From contig OZ037773.1 in the NCBI GenBank assembly GCA_964035545.1, positions 5,485,751-5,549,750 on the forward strand: a DNA stretch of 64,000 nucleotides, given 5' to 3'. Each line of letters begins with the position of its first letter. The first letter of the stretch is position 1. The notes beneath the pieces were generated by a model. It searched no databases and had not been told where the DNA came from. It was given only the letters and a program-made list of their open reading frames with translations. A program made the translations under genes and the position numbers. Positions 53,440-64,000 of this stretch are shown here, piece after piece. This DNA is from Bugula neritina. Taxonomy: Eukaryota > Animalia > Bryozoa.

Positions 53440-56400
53440 AGCAACCAGACTACAACAAACATTAAACATGCAATGTACTACTAATTTATACTATGTAAAG
53501 AACTAAATTTCATTTGTATAGAGCAAGGCTATTTTTTTAACATCTATTATAGAAATAAAGTATAAATTAGTGAAATTGACAGAAAGTTTGCTAACCATTC
53601 CTTTTAATACTATTAAAACTATTTTATAACACTCATTGATCGAAGTAATGAGAAAGACCCTGACAAATGCAGCAATAAATTTGGTACTGCTAGAAAGCAT
53701 TGGAGTCACATTCGTAAATAATTGCTAAAATACTTTATACTCTAGCTTGTCACACCTATCTGTCAGCTAATAACTACAATACAGCTGTGTAATAGCTCCT
53801 GCAACTTTGTAGCATGAGAAATTGTCTGACTATGAAATAAAGAAACCTTTCACGTTTGGCATATTTGGATTGCAAATCTGCCAAACATAAAACCTAAAAC
53901 TCTAAACCAAAGTTACGCATAAATCTACATCTCTGAACAGGCTAGAGCTGTTAAAGACTTGAAGCCAACACATGAAATATATCTTGAATTAAGATTTAGT
54001 AGCTGCTGCCTGTGTTAGTATAGCAGTAGTTTATTAGTAGCTTCAGTTCCTAAGCTTTGTAACTATTATACCTGTGAATATACCTCTGGATATACCCGTG
54101 ATTGCCTAAAATGTTAGTCCAAAGGCTTTTCTTCACTACTACTGACTCTAGTGTTTACGGTACTTAGAAGTTGAACGCTGCACTTGCAGTAGTAATCTAA
54201 TATCTGAAACAGCACAGCTTGGAGTGTATAGACTATATCACAACTTAGCCAAAGCTTGTGTGACATCATGTCCAACTTTTCTTTAGAGTAATTGCCGCAT
54301 TTTATATTAATTTTTATACTCATTGAAAGCTGACAGTAATAAAGAGCCAAAGGCTATGATGAAACAGACTACGTTTGACAACGTGACCTTTAACCTGATT
54401 GTGTCAACTGACCATTAATTGGTTTACTTGTCATTATTGTAATGTCTCAAGCCACTTGCTGATATTACTGTTAAGATTACTTCAACTATAGCCATGATGA
54501 TTAAAGACAGTTGCAAAAAGCCCAGGCACCTGAAATGATATTACTCTTGCTGTCTGTGTGTCACGTGATATCTTATATCCTATAAAGTGATTTATAAATC
54601 ATACCTAAGTAATGCAAATATATCACACAAACTATAGAATATACAAAATGAATGCATCATGCACCTTAACAAACACAGAATTTCAACTCCACTAACCAAG
54701 TTAATAAAATAGCAGATTTATGCACAATGCGAAATATATACAAACCTGTCTCAATAGTATGTTTTGTGACATAACAATTAATATTTTATTAAGTGTTTCT
54801 ATCAACTTCTTTTATCATCAAAATAAATTGAGTTTTTTTAAAAAGTGTGAAAAAAGTTTATAGAAGATTTATTATATTTTATATTATACTAAACAAAATA
54901 TAATTTGCATACTCTCTATAATTTTACTGATGAAGTTTATATATAAACAAACTCTCCCTAATGCGAAAAATATAACTATAGAAACATCTATAAAAATCAC
55001 ATAATGAATGTATAAAAAAAATCAGCTTTCTTGGTTGAAATAATAATTGGAAACATCTATGGCATATTATAATATTAGGTGTTATAAAAATAAAATATAC
55101 ACTGCTATTTATTATGCATTATCAAATAGTAATATCAGAGTTGTCTGCCCTACTACTGTGAGTCACATTAGTTTATAGACAAGAGAAAACAATCCCACAA
55201 CTGAGTACACTAAATACAAACTAGCTGAACTCTTAGCTCCACTATTTGGTGTATCTTGAAGACAGGAGTTACCTTGAGATACTGGTGGATCTGGGAAAGA
55301 CTTGGGAGATATTGGTACGAAGACATTCTAAAACAGACAGACAGACTGTGTGTAGTTCATAGCTAACACTTGTGAATGGGCTGATGTCAGACTTTATTGA
55401 TGAGGGTTTGAGTTTAAATATGTTTGTTTTTGAACGTAATTTAAAAAACATATCTAAACATGTATTAGAGCTTCAGTGATAAAATCAAGATCTAGCATTT
55501 GGTGATCAGTAAATCTAGCTGGCGACTAGCTAACAAATGAGTGTTGAAGTGGATGAAGAGGGGGGGCTATAGTCACTGAATGGTACTAAGGCTGAAACTA
55601 CTGTGCAAGAGACGGCAAAACAAGTGAGAATATTTTACAAATTTTACAAATATAAACAATTAACAGTCAAAAGCTAAGATGTATTTCTGTCACCAGTTAT
55701 TGGTTATTGATACATAGTTTTTCCCACAAATATATGATTGAAGAAATACATAGTTTACCCAAATGTAAGTATTTATTATTAATATAGTTTACCGGGTAAT
55801 TAATGTGAAATGACACTTTAGTACAGAAAGAGTAGTGATCAGTCTCGTAGTAACTTCTCTGTAGAGCCAAAGAGTCTTCTTTAGACCAGTTTGCTACTTC
55901 CAACAGATTGATGTTATCCCAGTTAGTGCTGCAACAAGACCATGTATGACGCGTTATAATAAGTTGGTATATTATATATAATATCCTCAGCTGCATGCTA
56001 GAAACATGAGACACAAACATAGTGGGGAGATAGTGACTAAAAGTTGTTGCTGATTTTTGACAGACAAAATATAGCTATTTGCTTTTATGAGTTTTTTGTT
56101 TGAGTCGAGAATCACTTATACATGACTTTTCTGATGTTTTTATTAGATGTTAGGGGTACTCAATAAATGACCCTGATAAACTTTAATGGTCATCATAAAA
56201 GTAATTGTTGCAGGTATTAGTTATTGCATATATGTAGTGCTGGTATTGCAAATTAGAAACTAAGTTATGTGGGGAGGCACTCTTGAAACTGTATTTAACT
56301 GGTAGCAAAAATAGTTCCAAGTATTAGACAAATGTAACTAGCCAGGCCTGCTTTAATTTCAAGATGGTATATATTTTTGTAATTTATATGAATTAAATTG

Positions 56401-57579
56401 TTACTCTGACCTGCTAGTGTTGAAACCCCATCTCTGGTAAAGAGGATCAGTTTGGTTGATATTGATGCCGGTATAAGATCCACATGTGGAGATTTGCTGC
56501 TTGGGATAATAGTTGAGAAAAACCAAACACATTTCATCTGTTGACGGCTCTCCTCCCTAAAATATACACTGACTTACATGATGGTCAGTAGATCTGTATA
56601 AACCATTACACAGATTTCTACAAAATGCAAATTCATGCAAGAAACGTGTAAAAGCATTCACTCTGACATTCTTATGGCTTTTGGCTTTTGTAACAGCACA
56701 ACGATAAAGAAATAAGAACTTTGGAGAATAATTATTACATTGCTGAATTTATAAATTTGCCGTTATAACCTTTCAGTATTTAACACAGCACAAAGGTATA
56801 CAGCAATAATAGCGCATGAGTATAATCTGTAAGTTGCTAAGAGTATATTAGTATAAATTATAATGTGTATATATCAGTGTGTTGATTAATATCCTTATTC
56901 TGGATGGTAAACATCTCACATCTACTTACATAAGTAAATCTGTCTCGGGAAGAATCTGTGTAAGTGCATGTAACCTTCAGCGTGTCTCCCTGGAAAATAT
57001 ATCCACAATATAAGTTTTAGAACAGAAATTGCATGAGCAAGGCAAATGGCATATCAGTAATTTATTAAAATATTACTTATTGTGATATAGTAACTTAGTG
57101 CAATCAATTTGAAAATTTCAATAATTATGAAAGCACTTTACAGCTCAATGGATATACTTTTTAATTATTAATCTACTTACAGGTAAAAGCTTTTTGGGTA
57201 CAGGAAGTAGTCGATTTTCCTGATAATTGAAATCATAAGAGTTGTCTTCTGCCAGTACTTCACTTTGGCTGCCATCTTTACTGTACCAGTCTAGTTTAAC
57301 TTTGGCTCCAAGGAGATGGGCGTGTAGAAGATAACCAAATACAGTTACACCATCATCTGGTATCCACTGATAAATAGAATGACTCATTCAACTAGTATGT
57401 ATAACTAATCTGTTTTCACATGACATTCTTCCTATATAGCTCAGCAGTATGTATACATATCTATGAATAATAATACATATGTGAATTATATTAGCTTACT
57501 TCAGCATATGCAATGAAAGAATGCACGCGCAGGAAAAAAGGCGTTTATTAAAGGTCGGGTCTTACAGGATATTAACTGA

Positions 57580-57806
57580 GGGAGCAGCTGTCGTCTAGAG
57601 GTTAGAGCGTTTGCCTATAGTAAGCACGAAGTCATGGGTTCGAGCCCGGACAAAGGCCATTGGTGATGTTAGGAAGAGCATCCAGTCATAATTGCTCCTG
57701 CATGTGCCTCATCTTAATAAGTCCTTAGCCCGCTTTAACAAAAACCCCTTCCATAAGGGATTTTCTCTCAGGGATGATGACTATAAACTATAAACTATAA
57801 ACTTGC
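57580..57806 (+). mobile_element. tRNA-derived SINE, family 1, copy 8 (copy D intron 8)
   Basis: Family match; 3' CTATAAA repeated three times; TSD ACAGGATATTAA on both sides. Confidence 0.9.
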
Positions 57807-58138
57807 TGAATGTGACAGGATATTAAATAACATCCAAGCATATTCAGCAATAAAAAAATGTTTATCTAGAAATCAAAACACACCTGTTCAGTACAGCTTG
57901 TGTGACATATGGAAATATATTCGAAATTCTCTGGTTTTGGAGGTACAATCAAGCCATCAACTGTTCCCACTTGAACAGTGCCTGCATCCTGCTCTCTTAA
58001 CTTGGAGGTATAGGTTACCCTGAGTCCTGAAGAGTCTACCCATGCTACAAAACCACACAGATCACATTAGCTAAGAAAAAGACGGCAAACATGTGAAACA
58101 TATCTTTTGCTCTAGAGTCTAGATCATCCCAGCTAGAC

Positions 58139-58200
58139 TAGGGTTTTCCAACCTTTTTAGAGGGAGGGCCACTGAAATGGAATATTTTAGCAGCAACCAA
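58139..58200 (+). mobile_element. Possible hAT terminal fragment in copy D intron 7
   Basis: TAGGGTTTTCCAACCTTTT...GGGCCA resembles the hAT end seen at 17552 (CAGGGGTGTCCAACCTTTT...GAGGGCCA); absent from the same intron in A-C. No partner end found. Confidence 0.4.
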
Positions 58201-59174
58201 CGTTTGCAAAAAGTTAAGATTTAAGTTTTAGAACTTATAAAATCTACAGTCAGTAAAGGGGGTAAAAGAAGGTATGCTCAGAAATCCAGTCTTTATTTAC
58301 AAGAACCATCAATTAGCATTAAACCTACTGTCCAACAGTTGTGGGTTGTCCTAGTGCATTTGTAGCATATAGTAATCAGGGCTGGAATTATTGTTACCAC
58401 CAATTGGTACACCAGTGTGAGCAGGCTAATAAAACTTCTGAAATATGAAATAAAAAATGTAGATCTGAAAACCAAGTTAATAAAGATGGCAAAGCAAAAA
58501 CAATTAAACTTTGGCATCTAAACTGGCAATGTTTGATCTTTGGCTGGTAATACAGGTTTTGGTTCATTCAAATGTCTCAAAGCATCTCAAAATTTAGAAT
58601 AATGCAATAAAAATGCTGTAAGGCATATATATTTTTTAATATGAGAGTTGAGGTAAAAAATTGTTACTACTGAATTATTCAGTCATTCTTACAGAACCCC
58701 CGATGGCCCAGGCATATTCTACGTTATAGCAAGAAGATTCAAATTCTGGCATTTCCGGGGTGGCACAGATACCCTCCGTCTTGTTGTTGTTTCTCAGATG
58801 TTCCTTGTCTACTCCCCAACAAGCGTAGAACACCATATGGTGTACCAGTGCTTCATTTCCTTCGGTTATCAAAGGTTCAATCTAAACAATTGAAAACATG
58901 GGATCACAATCGTGGCATGAGTAGACTGACTAGCAACTCAAAGTCACATGTTTTTTGCAACTTAGTTCTGGTTTAGATTTAAAAACAATGTTGGCTGTTA
59001 AACAATATTGCCATAACAGTTTTGACACATGACTGCATGCAAATTCTTTATTTAAAAAACTTGTAATCGAGTGAAAATTTGGGACAAAAATAGTCAGTTG
59101 AGAAAAGTGTTAACCAATACTAAAAGCACAGTGTTGATTACTGCAGTATATTGTTTATACGTAACCAGATAAGA

Positions 59175-59388
59175 CCTCACACAAGTTTATAGTCGCCATC
59201 CTTGTGAGAAAACCCATGACAGAAAGGTTTTTTTGTTAAATTGGGCTATGAACTTATTTAGATGGGGCACAGGAGCAATTACGACTAGATGCTCTTCCTA
59301 ACATTACCAGTGACCTTTGTCGGAGTTCGAACCGAAGACTCCGTGTTCACTAAGCAAATGATCTAACCCCTAGACCACGGTTGCTCCC
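59175..59388 (-). mobile_element. tRNA-derived SINE, family 1, copy 9 (copy D intron 5)
   Basis: Family match on the minus strand. Confidence 0.87.
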
Positions 59389-59609
59389 TTTATACATTAT
59401 CAGATGGCAAAGATAAGAAAAACTTAAAGAATTTCAAATTGATTGTGATGAAATGTTTTCTATAAAAGACATCTGGTTTATATAAAAATTTGATAATCTC
59501 TAAGAATGTGAAAATAATCAACCTTCAGATACTAAAATATGATAACTATATATAACTTCAAGGAGGTGAATATCTATCCATTCTTAAATATACTATGAAT
59601 TGTAATGTA

Positions 59610-59826
59610 GGGAGCCGCACTAGTCTAGGGGTTGATGCTATAGCCTAGTAAGCGTGAATTCATGGGTTTGAGCTTGGGCAAAAGCCACTGGTGATGTTAG
59701 GAAGAGCATTCAGCCATAATTGCTCCTGTGCCTCATCTGAATTAGTCCTTAGCCTGATTTAACAAAAAATCCTTCCACCAGAGGTTTTCTCACAGGGATA
59801 GTGACTATAAACTTGCACGAGTTTTT
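59610..59826 (+). mobile_element. tRNA-derived SINE, family 1, copy 10 (copy D intron 5)
   Basis: Family match on the plus strand, head-to-head with copy 9 about 220 bp away. Confidence 0.87.
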
Positions 59827-62800
59827 GTATTGTTGTTTTAACAAATTCAAACACTTTCCTTACTAAGTTTTTAAGCTAAACAAGCACTACATCCAATAGA
59901 TATTATATACACAATCACATACTCAGATTTTATACACTTCTAGCTAGACAGTTGGCTCTACCTTTAACACAACCTAACTACCTCATAGGGCATATTTCGA
60001 ATTTTTCTCTGACAAACTTCATCTGTTATATAAGTTGCATATGCTAAGATTGTTAACAAAATTTAAATGCTTAAAAGTATTAAACTGTTAACTTACTGAT
60101 AAGATATGATGTTTAGAGTCCAACAGTGGAGGGTCATGAAATGCACAGTAGTATGTAGTATCTGTTGCTGGCACATGGTACTGAAACATAAAATACACTA
60201 AAATATAACTCAGATGAAGATAATTGTATTACTTCATTACAATATCACTTTCCTATAATAACATATAATTGCAAAATGTATGAATTTAAACTAGAGTACA
60301 TGTCTAATACAGTATAGTAACAAGTAAACATCATTATACAAAAACATATATTTTTTTTATTTATGACATAACTTTAGCAATCTAATGAAATGTTTTAATG
60401 CAAAGCATTATAGTTACAGTTATTTAGACTATAAAACATGTTAAGATAATCATTGGCAACTTAATTTCAAATTGAATTTTATAAAACCAATTAGTGGCTG
60501 CAGAATAACAAAATAGCATAATTTTAGATATTTCAAGAGCAAATCTAAATTTTACTTACATCTGTGACTGTCAGATCAAAATGCTGCAAATCATCTGGTA
60601 GACTCTCATCTGGAATCTTAGAAGCTGTATCCAGGAGGTAAACACTCTTCACACCTCTGTTGGTAGCTCCGTGATAGTTTAAGGAAGAGAGTACATTGTT
60701 AGTAGGATCAGTGTCTCCAAATGCATAAATCAATCTGGTAGTAGAGGTCTGGAGAACAAAATGCATAAAAACTGTAAATAAAAGCATTGTAAAAAGTACA
60801 GCCCCCATGGAAATCGAATTGAAGTTTTCTAACTTGCAAGCAGGCGTGCTCACCAAAGTGACTGCAATGATATGATATTACTTCAACTTTCCTGTACTCA
60901 CCATGATGACTGCATCTTCATTATCACATGTGTTGATTTTCCTTTTGAAGGTAACAGATGTGACACCATTGACTTCTGAAGCAGAAACTAAGCTGACATC
61001 TTGAGAGGAATCAACCAGAGGTAGCTGGTTTCCTGTCGCATGCATATCCTGGAACATTATGTCAACATCACTTTGTACAATCTTTCGACAATAAATACTA
61101 AGTATTATAAATTACATAAACTGCAAAAGCTGCAAACAGGGGCAAGAACAAAGGAAAGACCAAAAGGAAGAAAGAGCAAAACAAATTCTATGTGAAGGGA
61201 AAAAGTTAAAATAATCTTGCTAATCAGATTTGAATGACTATATAAACATGTTCAACACCAGAAAGTTACATGGGGTCACACATCTCAACTCAATTACTTT
61301 TATAGTTTATTATGGCAGCAATATCTTTATGCAAATCAAATGTAAGGAAGCCTTTATTTGATAATTAAAATGCTTGTTTGATGGAAAAGCATTGAGTTAT
61401 AGCTTTTAAGTACTAATTTGACTTTTTTTCAACGGTATCAACTTTATATGAACCAAATCAAAAATAAAATACAGAAAGATATGTTAATTGTATCTTAAGG
61501 TGCACAAGATCAGAAAAGATAAGAGAGGCGTGAATAGAGAGCAAAGAACTCCTGGAGCTATTTATGCAACACGGCTATGCAATCAGTTACTGTACCATGA
61601 GATGGCTGGTGCCTTCTGAGTCAATCCAGGCTACAATCAGATCTGCACCTGTCATTGCACCATTAGGAGAAAATCCAAGACCCACCCAACCTTCTGTGCG
61701 AGCAGATATCTACAAAGTGTATAGGCTATGGCTACATTATCAAATAGTCCTGAGAATTATAGATGACAACAACATGTGTGTGCAGTAGAATAATACAAAA
61801 CTCACTGTAAATACAATCTCACTATCTGCAGTTGTCTCACCAAATGACCAAGAGACATTGAATTTTCCTCCAGCAGCTAAAGATGCTGAAAGATCTTCTG
61901 TGCTCACAAAGTTACAAAGTAACATCAAGATAAAGAGTAGTGCCGTCTCCATAGCAACCAGACTACAATAAACAGATATGGTTTCATGCGCAATGAATTA
62001 AAACATACAATGTACTATACTATAATTTACACTGAAAATCATATGTATACAGCAAGACTGGCTTTTTTTCATAATATCGATAATAGAAATAAAATATAAA
62101 TTAGTAAAACTGACAGAAAGTTTTAACCATTCCTTTTGATACTATTAAAACTATTTTATAACAACACTAATTTCATGAAGTAGTAGAAAGTCCCTGACAA
62201 ATCCAGTAAAAAGCTTTGTATTGCTAGAGAGTATTGGAATCACAGTTATAAATGATTACTAAAATACTTTATACTATATAGGCTGTCATACCTATCTGCA
62301 AGCTAATTATAGCTACAATGGTTCAGCTGTAATAGCTCCTGCAACTTTGTAGCATGAGAAATTGTCTGACTGAAATAAAGAAATCTCAATCCAAATTTGT
62401 CAAACATGAAACCTTAAACTTTAAACCAAAACTAAGCAAAGTTCTACTTTTTTGAACAGCTGAGGCTGTTAATTACTTGAAGCCAACACGTGAAATATAT
62501 TTTGAATTAAGATTTAGTAGCTGCAGCCTGTGTTAGTATAGCAGTAGTTTATTAGTATAGCTACAGTTCATAAGCTTTGTAACTATTATACCTGTAAATA
62601 TCCCTGTGATTGCCTAAAGTGTTAGTTCGAAGGCTTTTCTTTACTATCACTGACTATAGTGTTTGCCTCATTTAAAGGTTGAACCCTGCACTTGCAGTAG
62701 TAATCTAATATCTGAAACAGCACAGCTTGCAGTGTATAGACTATATCGAACCTTGGCCAAAGCTAGTGTGACATCGTGTCTAACACCCCTTTAGAATTAT

Positions 62801-64000
62801 TGCTGCATTTTATAATATATTCGTATACTCAATGGACGCTGGTGGTAATAAGGAACCAAAGGCTATGATAAAACAGACTATGTTGACAACGTGACCTTTG
62901 ACCTGATTGTGTCAACTGACCACTAACTAATTTACTTGTCATTATTGTGATGTCCCAAGCCAGTTGCTGACATCATCAACTACGACCTAAATTTGAGCAA
63001 AGACAGTTGCAAAAACCCAGACACTTGGAATATTATTACTCTTGCTGTCTGTGTAAGCGTCACGTGATATTATATATCTTAAAAAGTGATTAATAGAAAA
63101 CATACAAACAATGCGATATATCACACAAGCTATAGAATGTGAAATGTAAATTTATCATGGTCCTTATAACACGCAGAATACAATTAAAAGTTTTAACTCC
63201 TCCAACCAAATGGATGATATAGCAGATTTATGTACATGTGAAATTTATACAAACCTGTTTCAATAGTATGTTTTATGATACTATAATATTCCATTAAGTG
63301 TTTTTGTTAACTTACTTTGTCACCAACATAAAATGAAAATGTGAAATAATTTGTAGAAATTTCATTATCATGTATCTTATATTAGAATAATTATATAAAA
63401 TATAATCCAAATACTCTCTATAATCTAACTGATCAAGTTTGTAAAAATAGACTGTACGTTCTAATGCAAAAATACAATTGTAGAAATATATGCTATAAAA
63501 CTAAATCAAAAATAATCAGCTTTCCGCATAAAAGTATTAATTTTAAAAATATGGCTGATAACTAAATTCGGTGTTAAATAAGTTAGACATAAACTATTAT
63601 TTATTATAGTACATTATTTGGACAAAGTGATATTGGTCAGTCACAACTCTAACTAAATGCTGAAAAGAATTATTCATTATGTAAAATGCAGGCTTTATAG
63701 AACATGGTCAAGAGATATATGCCATAATATTGTAATATTGCATAGAAATTTTAAAAGATATAAAATATTCCAAATTATAGTTGCATTTTTATGTTTCCTA
63801 TTTTCATTTGATTGAAATATTCTTCTTAATATTTGAGAAATCTAAACTTTAAGTGGTAACAGTTTGGGATCTTTCAACTTATGACCCAAGCTAAGCCAGA
63901 ATCTACATCTTTTCACTCACAGAATAGGCTAAGACTGCTAAAACCAGCACATGAAGTATACTTGCATTAAGATCTAGTAGCAGTAGTCTATGTTAGTAGT

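Larger units (their letters stand above)
55163..61952 (-). pseudogene. MOXD1: DBH-like monooxygenase (MOXD1-like) copy D; two in-frame TAG codons in coding exon 7
   Basis: Exons 61952-61806, 61709-61596, 61048-60902, 60748-60560, 60180-60097, 58881-58693, 58437-58329, 58044-57884, 57366-57181, 56989-56930, 56556-56411, 55928-55793, 55327-55163. Exon 7 reads KFY*PAHTGVPIGG...MLQMH*DNP: TAG at 58428-58426 (TGG/Trp in A-C) and TAG at 58353-58351 (TAT/Tyr in A-C). The other 12 exons and all splice sites are intact. Confidence 0.85.

Noticed and set aside
52951-53469. 172-aa ORF with a His/Thr-rich region (also 43917-44219)
   Set aside because: Real exon 1 read through into a (CA)n-rich intron; the His-rich part is not coding.
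58351-58428. Genome-wide TAG reassignment (variant genetic code)
   Set aside because: TAG occurs in frame only in this one exon and replaces two different residues (Trp and Tyr); no other exon read in the window uses it.
30168-61788. Recurrent plus-strand ORFs (MLTEPP..., MNTISLS..., ...HGYAIS...)
   Set aside because: Antisense shadows of the duplicated monooxygenase exons; they recur only because the exons do.

Overview
AT-rich, intron-rich animal (probably invertebrate) nuclear DNA; the species cannot be established from the sequence, and most entries in the supplied ORF track are exon read-throughs or noise. Left part (~1.2-15.1 kb, minus strand): the 5' six coding exons of a Dbl-homology RhoGEF of the PLEKHG1/2/3 family, running off the left edge, plus a probable alternative first exon at 6614-6691. 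A complete 1.7-kb non-autonomous hAT transposon sits just upstream. Right part (~25.9-62 kb, minus strand): a head-to-tail array of four 13-coding-exon DBH-like copper monooxygenase (MOXD1-type) genes, here A-D, each with signal peptide, DOMON domain, copper type II monooxygenase N and C domains and a GPI-like tail (~610 aa). Inner copies B and C are intact. Outer copy A has one +1 homopolymer frameshift, and outer copy D has two in-frame TAG codons in one exon. The copies are recombinant mosaics, their amino-acid differences appear to cluster around the copper ligands, and 3'-flank-like sequence at the right edge hints at a fifth copy. Ten copies of one tRNA-derived SINE, two MITE-like foldbacks, a perfect 27-bp hairpin and several simple repeats are also present. 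All coordinates and translations were read by hand.
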